Source of the DNA: Selaginella moellendorffii
Taxonomy: Eukaryota; Plantae; Lycopodiophyta
DNA: 64,000 nt
Reading direction: 5' to 3'
Assembly (NCBI RefSeq): GCF_000143415.4
Contig: NW_003314317.1
Location: 310,001-374,000, forward strand
Shown in pieces: positions 24,902-37,940 of the stretch. Position numbers and translations under genes: made by a program. The number at the start of each line of letters is the position of its first letter. The stretch's first letter is position 1. The notes under the pieces were generated by a model that ran no database searches, was not told the origin of the DNA, and saw only the letters and a program-made list of their open reading frames with translations.

Positions 24902-25759
24902 CTAAACATCCCTCTCTTCCTCAAAATCAATGGGCTCACACCTCCTCGCCACGATCTCCTGCGCTGCTCCCTCCTGCGCCTTGTAATCCCGCAGCAGCTG
25001 CTCAATGTGCGCCACCTCAAACCTGAAGAGATTCACGCAGCAATCCGGTTCCCAAACCGTGTAATCTTTAATCTCAATCTCGCGATGGTACTCCTTTGCA
25101 CCCTCGATCCACTCCACCAGCTGGTTATACACGTCGGGCTCGTAGCAGCTGTTCGCCGAGAAATCCATTTCCCCTGGCCTCTCTTGCAACAGCTTGCTGC
25201 ACAGCAAGTCGTCCTCGAGCTCCTCGAGCTCCTGGAGCTCCTCAACCATCCGGGCTTCAAACCGCAGCATCACTTCCCTCGTCCTATCAATGTCGCTCGC
25301 ACATCTGAACAAATCCTGCTCCGCCCAGCATGCCATTCGCTCCTTAAATTCTCTAGCACCTGGAGTGGATTTGGAAAACACATTGGACGGTGTCAACCCT
25401 TGTTTCCACGGTGATCTCCGGATGAGCTTCGCCAGCGAATTGCTAAACTTGGGCATTTGCATCTGCCGCTTGACGTCCCGCTTGACTTTAGCGCGTACTG
25501 CTTTCACGAGATCTCGGTGCGTTTTCTCATCCAAGCTATCCACGCGAGAGCGGAGGTCGGCGTAAGTGATACCAGAATAGGGGCCCTCTATAATACTAAG
25601 GAGGGGAAAGGGATCATAATAGTCATCGATCACCTCGACTCTGGCGATGAACATGTCGACATCTGCGGCCTTGCAGGCTTGATCCCACACGCGACACAAT
25701 CGAAGGTCTAGCCTCCGCACAACAGTGTTCACAACGCTCAGATAAGCATTCCGTCCCAT
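24902..25759 (-). CDS. Copy B of the 315-aa orphan, truncated to 285 aa by a small deletion near the 3' end
   Basis: ORF alignment with 4296-5243. Confidence 0.6.
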   Translation of the reverse strand: MGRNAYLSVVNTVVRRLDLRLCRVWDQACKAADVDMFIARVEVIDDYYDPFPLLSIIEGPYSGITYADLRSRVDSLDEKTHRDLVKAVRAKVKRDVKRQMQMPKFSNSLAKLIRRSPWKQGLTPSNVFSKSTPGAREFKERMACWAEQDLFRCASDIDRTREVMLRFEARMVEELQELEELEDDLLCSKLLQERPGEMDFSANSCYEPDVYNQLVEWIEGAKEYHREIEIKDYTVWEPDCCVNLFRFEVAHIEQLLRDYKAQEGAAQEIVARRCEPIDFEEERDV

Positions 25760-27142
25760 CAGAACCTACCCTAGCCCTAATTGTCTAATTGAATTTTGAG
25801 CTTTTGCGTGAGAGAAAAATTCAAATCCTGTTGCTGCCTTGAGAAACGCAATTTGAACAAACACACCTTGGGCTCATTGCTGCTGCCGAGCGAGCAATCC
25901 TAAACTTGCATACATATGACAGCTATTTTCTATGCTTTCTTTTCCCTCTCTTCACTGCCCTTTATCGGCCAAAACATCAAACCCATTTTTCCTGAAATCA
26001 CTGAACGCGATCCATGTAGGAGTACATTTACTCTATCTATTTATTTATCTGTTGATAGTCTCTCACTTGAAGCATGAGACTGATGGATGCATAATGCAAG
26101 GGTTTGTGAGCTTTGCTAATGATGCTCGCTACTCCATGCTTCATACAATCTTCAAGCTCTTCAGAAGTTGTAGACTTTACCTTGTTCTTGGTCTTCCTAG
26201 CTCTTCTTGGTTTCAGTGCTCTTGGCCTCTCTTTGTTCTATAACTTCTCTTGGCAATAATCTTGGCTTGATCTTGGCAAATTATTGGCTTGAAAGTTGAG
26301 TTTCTGTTGTCCACTTGTTTCTTCTTGCTCGGGTTTATGGCTTGATTGTAGTAGTGACCTTGGCTGATGAACCCTTGACCTTGTCAGTTGCAGATGCGAA
26401 GAGTACATTCCATCGTAAGTAAGACAAAGCTAGACGAAGCCTTCACTGAAGAGATCACATATATGGTACTCGATTTATACCAACTCGCAATCAAGAAGAG
26501 AGGTTGCTATCGTGATCATAAAGCCATGGAATATTCATAGATGAGCGGACGATACCCCCTTGCGTGACACTTCCCCATCACAACTAATAAGGCAGAGCTG
26601 GATAAGGTTCTGGGGCTCCTTCCGGAACATTGTTTGACTAAAAGTTGCAACTACACATCCTCCATCGTGCAAAGGAATTTGAGAGGGATGCTGCCAGTTA
26701 ATTTGTTCTAGTTGTTCCACCAGCCACACCACATTGAAGTTTCTATAGTCAAATATTTCATGTTTCTCTTTATTGCAGGCTCTCTGGAGTTATTCACTGT
26801 GTACCATAATCGCAACATAATGGATTTCCAACGCTACCTCACCAGCCACTTCAGAAATGTAGAAGTGAATCTAACTTGTCTACAACTGCGCGATGTCTTT
26901 TAAAGGGTAAGGTACGTTTGGAGGATGCCCAGCTGAAATGGTTTCATACCCTCGCTCACTTGTTTTACAGACCCAAAAAACAGTACAAAACGCGGGTTGC
27001 TGGTTGAAAGAAGGCAGCTGATGATCCTCAGATTCGCGAGCTGCTTGAAGCAAATCTCTTTACATATATTCCTTCGATAATATTCCACGATCTTCTAAAT
27101 CGATACTTTACATAGTAACCCTGCCCTATTATATTGGCGGCG

Positions 27143-28965
27143 ATGGAAGCTCTAGCATTGGCGTTCTCCTGGTTGCGACGCGCTCCAGCACAGGCAAGCA
27201 CGCAGGCAACAGGATTGAAGGTCCTCCTCCTTGAGGTGTGTACAGCTCGCTCGTTTCTGTCATTTTTTCTTGTTCCTTGACATTTTCCGCTTGCGGACAG
27301 ACTCCTGCTGCAACAGCAGACAAGAAAGCGGAGGATTTCCCAGTGCAGCTCGAGGCAGTGATCATCAGCAGTGACCCAGCATCAAGTGTTCCCGAGTATG
27401 ATGCACCTGTACTCGAAGAGGATGACGAGCATGACTTGCAAGGAACTCCAGATGTAGCTAATCTTCTCTTGCAGCCGGTTACTCCAATCGAGCTGGAGGA
27501 TTCGTCCTCGCCAGCACCACCCTCGCAGCTCGAGGCAGTTCTCGCCAGCAGTCACGCGGCAGCGTCAAGTGTTCCCGAGTATGATCCACCACCATTACCT
27601 GTACACAACCATGAAGGTAACTCGAGAGCTTAGATGGTTTGCCTGGAACTGCACCAACCTTCCCTTGCAGCTAGAGGTGGTCATGGTTGGCACTGTGGAT
27701 TCAGTTCGGTATACTTCTCTTGGTGGCAAGACGCTTGCAGATGACGACAACAACGATGACGACAACCTGAGCTGGGAGGATATCCAGAGCTTCTTTCGGA
27801 CCTGGACATTCCCGTCGGTGCAGCTACCGTCCAGAGCCGAATCGCATCTGGAGGTGGAGGAACTTAAGAAGCTAGTTGGAAAGTGGACTTGGAAGCTACT
27901 GACCACTCTTCAGTCGATAAAAGAAGAAATGTGGAATAGGCTTTTGAACGCGGGCTTGGAGGAGGACGAGGTGACGTCCCAGGAAGAACAAGCTTCAGTC
28001 TTTTGGCAGAGGTTGAGAGGCGATGGCACCAGCAGCGTGAGAAAGCACAGGAGGTCTCCAGACAAGAATAGCGAACGACAAGAACTTGTGGCAGCAATGG
28101 CCGAGGAGTCATCCCACAAGGTATGTCTCTGTTGACAGGAATCAGATATGTATTTGTACTAAGATCTACACTGAACAGGTGCTAAAGTCTCATGCAGCAG
28201 CAGGATCTCGAAAGTTGTTGAGGCAAGCTGATGTTTCATCGACACAGCTTCAGTCTTTTGGTGGAGCTTGCGAGGTGATGGTGTGGGAATGCACAGGAAG
28301 CTTCCATACAAGAATAGTGAAGAACTTGCAGCAGCAATGGCCGACAAGTCATCCTACAAGGTATGCCTCTGCTGACAGGAAGCAGATATATTCGTACTAT
28401 ATGCTGGATGGACATTGAACAGGTGCTAAAGTCCCATGCAGCCACAGGATTTCCATCTCAGAAGTTACTGGCTGGCGGCACTGGTGACACTAAGGAGGCT
28501 AGCAGCAATGTTTCACCACCACCAGCATCGCCACCACCTTTTATCGAAGCTTGGGCGAGGATGGTGGGAAGGCCAAGAGGATCAACACTGAAACGTTTCA
28601 AGAAGCTGAAGAGACTTCAATATCAAACTCTCAGAGTTTAGTGAATGACGTCGGGGTCAGCAGCGGCAGCGGCAGTGGCAGTGGCAGTGGCAGTGATTTC
28701 ATTGAGTTATTTGAAGGAGAAGGCATTAGCAGCAGTGATGCCTTCGTGAACTCGCTGTTGGAAGGCGAAGGTGGCAGCAGCAGCAGCAATGCGTATCTTC
28801 AGCTGGCTTCCTCCAATGATCTCAACTTGCAAGCGACGGCTGTGACGGCAACCCGCTGCTTCTTACAATCCTTGCCGGGCTGCTGGTTGCGCTGCTCTTC
28901 CTCTTCTTTCTCTACTTCCTCTCGGTGATCAGGAGGGGAGGAAGAGAGGGCTCCTGCCTCACTGA
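27143..28965 (+). pseudogene. Orphan membrane protein gene, copy B, with internal deletions and frameshifts
   Basis: Colinear with 60210-62175. Confidence 0.7.
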
Positions 28966-29958
28966 GTTCCAGCTTTCGATGCAAATGCATCAGGATGTGC
29001 AGTGGACGGGATCAAGTTGTCGCAGGCATGGCTAGGTACTCAGATCAAAACTTGAAGGCGGTGGCTTAACACTCCGTGACGATCCCCATCGAGAGTGATA
29101 GAACTTCGGTGGCAGGTTTTCTCGGCTGGAGAGAAGGTGGCTCTAGCGTCATCAAGGCAAGAAGTGAGCGGAGATATCTTACAAAACAGAGGTTGCTGGT
29201 GGTTCCGGAGCTTTGTCTGGTCATACACAACTTTCTATACCGATTGATGGTGTAAGTGCAAGCTAGGAAGAAAGATCATATACTGAGTGTTTGTAGAATT
29301 TAAACATTGCTGATTCAGAAAAACAGTTTTTTGTTTTCTTCGAGGCTTGGTGGGAAGCAAAAAAAGTTGCAAGACTAGAAGTAACACTTGGACGGCAAGA
29401 TGAGTTACTATCCTGTGTGAGATGTAAATGGAAGAAAGCACAGTTACATTGCTTGTGAAAGGATTCGTGCAAAGCCTTCTCTCGTGCGTCTCTTCCCGTT
29501 TCCAGTCTTTGCTCACTTGGTTATGGCCTGAAAGACGAATGAAAGGAAGAACAGCTCTTAACCAGTGAGCGAGTTTTGTCAGCTTTACTTGACGCTAGAT
29601 GGAGCTGCGGCCTCCTGACAAGAGAGAACGCGCAAACAATAAGCCCCCACACAAAGATTTTGCCATCGTTTATCATCCGCATTATATCTATGTGATCAAC
29701 ATGAAGTTCTAGAAGAACTAAGCAATGGATCCAGAGAGCCACTTCGAAGTTCAACTCAGGCAGTCAAAAGCTCCAATTTTAAATGTTAATCAGGAATGGA
29801 ACCCTACCATCAACGGCCACCATTTAAAAATAAAAAACGCTGCCAAAGGAGCTTCTCCATTTACGATCTAGACGAGAACAACGTTTTTTCTCCAAGCAGC
29901 ACTCTCTTCCAGATGAAACGCGTACGGCACGTGGCCCCCCGGTGTCGTACGGAGGCGG

Positions 29959-32044
29959 TCAGTGGTAGACGTGCTCGGCTAGCCGAGGCGTTGGGACGAG
30001 CTTGAGCGGCTTGTCCAAAATCACACTGTTATACGCCGGGCTCACGTCGATCTCTCCTCCGTCCGGGGTCGCCCACTCGAATCCGTGCACCAGAGTGGAC
30101 ACTCCATACATGATCATGCATGTCCCCAGAGCAGCGCCGGGGCAGCCTCTCCTCCCAGCTCCAAACGGCACCATCCGGTACTCTGGATCAAACAGCGACG
30201 AGGACGCCGCCGCCTCGACCTCTCGATCGCTTCTCGTGGTAGATTCCTCGTCGCCCAAGAACCTCTCTGGCCGGAACTCGAGCGGGTTGTCCCACACCGC
30301 GGGGTTTCTTCCCAGAGAGTACGTGTTGATGAGCGCACGGGTGTTCTTGGGGATGAAGTAGCCGGCCAGCTCCGTGTCCTGGACCGTGACGTGCGGTATG
30401 AGGAAGGCGCCGACGGGGTGTAGGCGGAGGACCTCCTTGACCACCGCACGGAGGTACGTGAGGTGCTTGAGGTCCGACTCGCGTACCGCGCGGTGCCGGC
30501 CCCCGACCACGCGCTCGATCTCGTCCCGGACCTTGGAGAGTACCGCTGGGTGGCGGACCAGCTCGGCCATTGTCCACTCGCTCGTGATGGAGGTGGTGTC
30601 GGTGCCTGCCGCTGCCATGTCCTGCAAAGCAAGGTCACGGGACTATCAGGCACAACTGGAGGGACTGGGAAAAGTGAAGAGACAAAGGCAAAAAGATGTG
30701 AGAAGAAGGAAGACGCAAAGAACAAGCAAAAAGATGTGAGAACAAATACCAAAGGGAAGGAACTGGAAATCCAACACGACAAAGGCAAAAAAATGTCCAA
30801 AAGGAAGACAATCAAGCAAAGAAAGAAAGAATAATGACTTACCACAAGAATCGCCTTGATCACCGTGTGGCTCAATCCTTTCTGCGTCAGCAGCACGTCG
30901 ACGAACTTGTTGGTGGTGGAATCACCGTCTTTCTCCGCGCTCGTTCTTTTGCTGCGGTGTTCTTCGATCACGGCATCGTACAGTCTATCCGTTCTGTTCA
31001 TTATGTCCTTGATCTTTTTCTCGTAGCCTTGCACGTCCAGCCACCTCAGGAAAGGCAAGTAGTCGGCCAGGTTGAACGCGTTGACGAGCGCGAAGGCATC
31101 GTAGATAAGAGATCGGTGTTCGCTTCCATCTCGAGGCCCGGTGACTCCAGGCCCGAAAAATCGTTTGCCCAGAAGCATCCGAGCGAGATTGTTGCTCGCG
31201 AGTGAACCAAACAGGTGGCGTAGCTCGACTATGTTGTTTTCGGTGATCGAATCCGTCCTGATACTCAAAACTTTAGATATGAACTCCACAAGAAAACTTA
31301 CAAAGTTTTACAAACCTGTTGATCGCCTTGGTTGTATCCGCGTGACTGGTGTCGCTGCTGACAATTTTTTTATAAAAAACAATTATGTTTTTCATCAGAG
31401 AAAAGAAAAGCTACGAACCTTTTTCTTATGCTCGTCGTCCACACCGCTCGAGCCATGAGAGCAATCTCTTCCTCTCGTCCCTGCTTGAACAATTCGAGCC
31501 TTCTGGGAGCCAGGAGCTCCAGGGTGCAAATCCGGCGCATGGCTCGCCAATGTGCTCCATAAGGAGCGAACGCGATGTCGTTGCCACCGTAGGTGAAGTG
31601 TTGCGACGCGATGCTGGCTGGCCGGGACGCAAAAACCGCATCCTGGTTCTTGAGAATGGCCTTGACGATAGCTGGATCATCCGTCACGACCGCTGGAACT
31701 CGTCCCAACTTGAGAAACACGAGCGGACCGTAGCGTTTGTTCATGGCCAGCATTCTCTCGTGAGGAATCGGACTCGTCTGCAACAGGTTCCCGACGATGG
31801 GCCACGGCATTGGCCCCGGAGGCAGCGTCAGCCCAGCCAAATTCGAATTCTTATTCGAGCACGAATCATCCTTGCTGCTGCTGCTGCTCACGAATCTTAA
31901 TCTGTTGTGCTTGAGCGCCGAGAAGTATGCCAGAAGCAGAAGGCCAAGCAGCACCAGGTAATGCAAATGTCCGAAGGCTGGAAGATATAGCACCACGTCT
32001 GTACGAAGGACAGGATCTTGGAAGAAGCCCATAGCCAAGTCCAT
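29959..32044 (-). CDS. Cytochrome P450, CYP71 clan, CYP703-like; exons ~32044-31419, 31357-31316, 31257-30843, 30621-29959
   Basis: LPPGPMPWPIVGNL, AAGTDTT I-helix, EVLR, PERF, heme motif FGAGRRGCPG; GT-AG introns keep the frame; NNLARMLLGKRFFG resembles CYP703. Confidence 0.92.
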
Positions 32045-32967
32045 TCTCCTGACTTCCTTTCTCGTCCAAGTCCCCTGACGTACGTCCTCTCCGATTGAAA
32101 CCTTTTCTTTTGGCTTGCAGTCCTTGAGAACGACCTCCCTCACTTCACTGTTGCTGGTAGCAAAACTGGCATCTGTCTGAAACCTCGAAGTTTTCCAGAA
32201 TTCCCACCGATTCTGAAGAGCGACCACTCCACCAATTTATAAAATCCGCTGGATTTTTCCTGCTTTTCACTGCTGACTTTAGCGACGTAAAAGCAGCAAC
32301 GACCAGGCCGAAGGCGAGTGAACGAGTAGCTCTAAAGAGATTGACCAGGCGAGCAGCAACAACCCGAGTAACGCCGACTAAATGAGAGTTCTCAACCAGC
32401 TCACATCGTCAGTAGATAAGATGCGATGCAGGGTAGCTCGAACAAGTCGCAGCACCGCCATTTCAAGTCCGAGCGCCTCTTTTCCTCTTTTTCTCAGTCT
32501 TCCCAAGTCGCTGAATTGTTACTCCTTCCTACTTTCGAGAGTTGCAATGTCTTCCTCTGACAAACATACCAACTTGGCCTGTCATTGCACGCCTGCCCTG
32601 GCTACCGTCGGATGCTCATTTGAGCCCATGAATGACAATAACCAAATGGAATCACGCAGCCGATAGCCTTGTACCCCCTCTTAACTTTGCATGCCCTGGA
32701 GCCTCTCACGTAAAGCGGGTGCTGCGAGCCTCTTTTTAACTTATATAGCACCGCCGCTCAAAGATGACTGGTGTACTGGCTGATTCAACGTTGTTCTCGG
32801 CACCACAGGCAAAATTCTCGCTTGATCTCAAGACGCGTTTCCGGAAACTCTAATCCATCCTGCTGCTACGTCTGTGCTGAAAGAATGCCGCGACGCACAA
32901 ATCCTGTGTTGCTTGTATAGAAAACGAGCCACTTGTTTTTGCTGCCGACCACCTCGGACCCTCTCTT

Positions 32968-34978
32968 TCACTTGAGTAGAATTGATGCCACTTGATTCTC
33001 TAACCCGGTACCATCCTGGACAGTTGGTTCTTTCTCCTCCACACAAACACCGCGAGGGTCCTCCTCGACTGTCAGTGTAAGGACAGACCTCTCGCTCCAT
33101 CTCTGCTCTACCTTACGTCTAGAATTTTTGCCGATGGTGATTGCAAAAACCGCATCCCAACCCCCAGCTCCAGGGACTCCAGCAAAGAGTACTCCCGGAA
33201 GTTCCATTGTCTCGTCTAGCAACTCACTTTGTGGGCCTGGTTCAAGCTGTTTGAAAACAAAAATTGAAGCTCTGTCTGAAAGAAAAGGATTGACATACCG
33301 GTACTTTAGCCTCTTCTCCCATCTGTCTTAAAAGAGACCTTACAATGCTGAAATCTTGACGGATTTTCAGAAGAGCTGACACAACGTCCTTGTCCGAATC
33401 TTTGAGCCCATTCCACTGCATAAAAAGAAAAGGCAGTAAGTAGAAAGTTGTAGAAATAAGGTGGTTCACCTTGGCTTCTGCGCAACTGCTGCAAGCTTCA
33501 AGTACAAGTGTATAAGCTTCCGAATCCGTTTCGTGTAATTCTTTTAAACGCAAAAGGTCCGCCTCCACGTTTTCGTTTGCTTTAGCTAGGGTCCTCCAAC
33601 AGGCCTCCGCATTCGGGTGCTTCTCGCGCCAAGCGTTGACAGCCCCTACCATTGACGGTGTGTGTGATCCACCACGTCCAGACTCGCCCAGTACCTGAAA
33701 AATTGAAGAGCACTAGAATTTATCTCATTGTGCTCGAAGGACAAACCAGAAAAAGCATTGGAGGTAGAGCAAAGTTAGATCTTTGCGAATTCCAGTTCTT
33801 CATGTCCAGTACTGACTTCATTGCCTTCTCCAGCGACTTTGGTTTTCCATTGTCCTGGAAAGCGAAACAAGAGTTGAACTCAAACTCTATAACTCTTAAA
33901 ATCAAAAAGCTTACGTCAACGGGATCCATTGCTGGACTTAGCACTCCCGGTGAGAAGCGCACGTATTTCTGGCTTCCATAGACCGCTGCGCTGACATCAA
34001 AACCACTGCCAATTTTCCCTTGTGCATGGCCGTGTGCTGCTTGAGAAGCCGCGTGTACTACGTCGAGATACTCAACAGACCCGGAACCGAGCTGAATAAC
34101 ACCCAAGTACTCCAAAATCCCCGCAACAATGGCTGTAGTCATGGCCGCTGAAGAGCCAAGGCCAGTCTTAGCCACCTCAGGCGACGTTCCATCAGATGTT
34201 TCAATGTTGCGTGTGATGGCATGGAACTGTGGTAGCGATGCCAGGGATGCTGCCGTCAAAGGAAGCTTTCTTGCCTCTAGCTGCATTCGAGAAAGAGAGC
34301 AGAAAATAAAAAACTAAACTAAAGTTTCATCAGAAAAAGAAATACCTCATTTCTGAACGAGTAGAAATCGTTGCTGCCTTTGATTTCTATGTCTAGCCCT
34401 GGCATACAACTTACAATAGAGATTTTTTCTGAAAATCATGAAAATTCATACCTTGGAGAAGACGTTCGTAAACAGCATCACGATTATTCGCTGCAGCCAG
34501 TGCCGTAGCAACTCCATACTCGATCGCATTTTCCACAAAGTCCTTCCTGGAACAGCAAAAATCCGAGTACTACTCGAGAACAAATAAAATAAAATAGAAA
34601 CGTGTACTTCGTAGAAGGCATGTCTAGCTTGCAAGTCCGAAGTAAGAGCTTGTATGATCTCTCGGAATCCATCTGTGGAGAAGAAACCCTCACATCGATG
34701 AACGACTGCGAGCTCACAACGATCAGATCACCGTCCCAACAGCAAGATTTCGAGAAATCTTACCCAGAATTTGCTGGCGCCATCGCTGATCGAGTGCAGC
34801 GGCTTCACAGTGGCATAGAATCTAGCCGATGTGGAGAGAACAAGCCCCGGATTCGGCCGCTCCAGCACCAAATATCCGCCGGCGATCAAAACCTTGCCTG
34901 GAGCCGAGACTCTGGAATGGAAATGTCAGTGAGATCGAGACGAAGTCACTCGCTAGAAGAAGGCGCTTACATTGTCAT
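32968..34978 (-). CDS. PMK: Phosphomevalonate kinase (GHMP family), multi-exon with an 8-nt first coding exon
   Basis: Spliced start MTIVSAPGKVLIAGGYLVLERPN; VAKTGLGSSAAMTT; AQGKIGSGFDVSAAVYGS; GVPGAGGWDAVF. Confidence 0.95.
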
Positions 34979-35077
34979 GACGCGAGAAAAGAAAGAAAAC
35001 CTCTGTTCTAGGGTTCTAGAGATTCGTTGTCTACTTATCATAATAACAAAGTAATTAATCAGCCACTTGTTATTAAG

Positions 35078-35149
35078 GCTTTCATAGCATAGTGGTAGTG
35101 CGTTCGCTTCGTAAGCGAGAGGTCGTGAGTTCGATCCTCACTGGAAGCA
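35078..35149 (+). tRNA. tRNA-Thr, anticodon CGT
   Basis: Cloverleaf: acceptor GCTTTCA/TGGAAGC, D arm GCAT-AGTGGTA-GTGC, anticodon loop TTCGTAA, T arm GTGAG-TTCGATC-CTCAC. Confidence 0.95.
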
Positions 35150-35196
35150 AAACTCTTCTAAATATTTCTAGGGCTCATCTTTAGTGGACTTTCTCA

Positions 35197-37921
35197 ATGT
35201 TTCTTCAGTGGAAGAGACTGTGGAAGGCGCTAGTGCGGAAGCTCAGGCGAAAGCTAGGGATGGATCGCGCTCGAGTGGCGGCAGCTTCTCTTGCGGCGGC
35301 AATGGATCTGAAGCAGCCGGCATTGCCGATCTCTTTCCCGCTCACTTCTTTGGATCAGCTCACGGATGATTCCGTGTTCCAGAGCTTCCATTTCCCATTC
35401 CAGCAATGCTCGGTGCCGCTGGCGCTGCAGGGAGGGAAGAAGGAGAGGAAATCCAAGCTCTTGGTGTGCCACGACATGAAAGGAGGCTACCAGGATGATA
35501 GATTCGTGCAAGGCGATGGCAATTACAATGCTTACTCGCTCTGGCACTGGCAATGCATTGATGTTTTCGTGTATTTCTCGCACTCCTTGGTCACTATTCC
35601 TCCTCCCTGTTGGATCAACGCTGGTCACAAGCATGGAGTCCAGGTAAGAAACTTCACCATTCTTTGGCATCCATTTTTCTGACGAGATTATATCGCAGGT
35701 CTTGGGAACTTTCATCACGGAGTGGGATCAAGGGGCTCAAACTTGCAAGTTGCTTCTGGAATCCAAGGATTCGGCAAGAATGTATGCGTCTCGGCTAGCA
35801 AAAGTTGCTCGGGAGTTTGGATTTGATGGATGGCTGGTGAGCAAACAATCTTTTCTTCCCCTTTGTCTTATAGAAACGTTTTTGGTTGTTTCAGCTAAAC
35901 ATTGAAAACACTGTTCCGGTGGAGCAAATCGACACTCTCGTGGTGTTTGTATCGGAGCTCACCAAAGTCATGCACGACCTTGTTCCGGGCTCGCTGGTGA
36001 TATGGTTGGATTGATAGTTTTCTTGCTTTCTTTGGTACTCACTTTCCATGAACAAGGTATGATGCAGTTACTGTGGATGGAGAACTAAAATGGCAAGACA
36101 TGCTAACAGAGAAGAACAAGCGCTTCTTCGATGCTTGCGATGGGATTTTCATTAACTACACATGGAAGGTGTGTATATCATACTTATAAGCAAATCGTGA
36201 AATATCTCATTCTTATTTCTTGTTCCAGAGGGACTACGCAGCGAAATCGGCGAAAGTGGCTGGCGATCGAGCCTCCGACGTTTACATGGGAGTGGACGTT
36301 TTCGGGAGAAACACTTTCGGAGGAGGAGGATTTCAGGTAAGCAACGATGTTTGCATTGCGTTTCCAGAGACCAACTCTGGTAACTTTTGCTTGTCTAGAG
36401 CAACGTTGCTTTGAAAGTAGCGCTGGAGGCCGGTGTTTCGGCAGCATTGTTTGGTCCCGGGTGGGTCTACGAGAAAAATATTGGGCCAACTTTCGAAGAC
36501 GCACAAATCAGGTACCTACGAGTTTAACTCGGTCTTTTTCTCTCTTTTTGTTTCTCACTCGGAACCTCCTTGTGGAAGGTTTTGGGCTTCTATACACAAT
36601 GCCTGGCCCGTATCACACAGATATCCTGTTACGCTGCCTTTCTTCTCGGATTTCAGCCAGGTAGTAGTAAAAATCTTTGCGAGCAAAGTTTTCATGACGT
36701 TTGTTTTGCCAGGGTTTCGGGAAAGCCCTCTATGTAGATGGTGTCCAGGTATCAGATTCTCCCTGGAGTAATATTTCATGCCAAGCTCTTCAAGTATGGT
36801 TTCCTCTTCTATTGTTTTTTGTGACGATAACAATCTTGGTTTTGGTAGCCGCTTTTGCTTGGAGCGCTAGATCCAGAGTTTGAAGTTACTGTAAGGTAAA
36901 AGTTTCGCTGAGAAAACGAAGTTATCCCAAAGATTGTTCACATTCTTATTTTCAGATCAGTGGATCGAGTTTACAGCGGTGGATCGAGCCTCCGTTTCCT
37001 CGGAAAGCTCAAAGCTTCCGACGTTCGCATCACTAAGCTGTATGATCCACACCTGGTTCTCGCAAATCCTACTCTCTCCATTGACTTCTCGGTAGCGTTC
37101 TCAAGCCTCGCAAGCTCACGTTGGATCTTAACAGTGTTGCGCTGCAGGTCATGTCCAAGGAAAACGCAATCTTTTACCTCGTTCTTAAGTTGCAAGGCCC
37201 TGGAGGAATTCGCGTAGTGTTTTTCTCGAACGAGCACAGCGGCACCTCAGAGAAGAAGATGAATCAAAGCTCCTCCAGTTTCAGTGTCTTTGAGCCACAC
37301 CGGACAGTGACGAAGAGCTCCGGTACCTCGGATGACGCCTGGAATGTGAGGGAGTACCAGATCGAGGTGGAACAAAACTCCGTGGTAACCGATATCTACG
37401 GCATGAGCACCACCAGGAACGCTCCTCTGGACTTCGAAGAGATCACAGGCACTCTGGCGGCCGAAAGCTCCTCCGATACACAGACCTCTTTTCGGCTTAC
37501 CTCGTCTTCACTGACGCGGAAGTTCTTGCCGGACGCTACTCAACCATACGAGCTTCACTTGGGCCACCTGAGGATCACAGCAGAACCGCCAGCGCCGCCG
37601 ACAGTTTCGAGCTTCCGAGCCGACGATCTCAAGTGGTCCACAAGCCCCGATGGCAATAAGCTCGTCAGCCTCACGCTCAAGTGGGAGTTTGGAGGTGGTT
37701 TCCAGGCCGATCGCTGCAACACATACGTCGAGATGGTGGGAAAAGAGACGACGAGCAAAGCCAAGTACCTTGGAGCTGCTTTCGTCGACGCCTTCTACGT
37801 GGATTCGCTTCTAGTTCCTCACGAGACTTCCAGCTTGGTTTTCCGCCTCCAGCCTCGCAACGCTGCTGGTTTTCACCAGGGCTGGAATGAATCTCCCACG
37901 CTCACTGTCGAAGTCCGTTGA
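35197..37921 (+). CDS. ENGase: Cytosolic endo-beta-N-acetylglucosaminidase (GH85), multi-exon; start codon uncertain
   Basis: LLVCHDMKGGYQDD, YFSHSLVTIPP, HKHGVQVLGTFITEW, GFDGWLLNIEN, DVYMGVDVFGR. Confidence 0.95.
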
Positions 37922-37940
37922 AAAAAAAAAATAAAGTACT

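Larger units (their letters stand above)
20610..29573 (+). repeat. Segmental duplication copy B (no copia insertion); similarity to inverted copy C continues to ~29750-29830
   Basis: Colinear with 1-14027. Confidence 0.95.

Noticed and set aside
29959-34978. P450 next to phosphomevalonate kinase as a terpenoid biosynthetic cluster
   Set aside because: No terpene synthase or other tailoring genes nearby; CYP703-like enzymes act on fatty acids; adjacency is expected at this gene density
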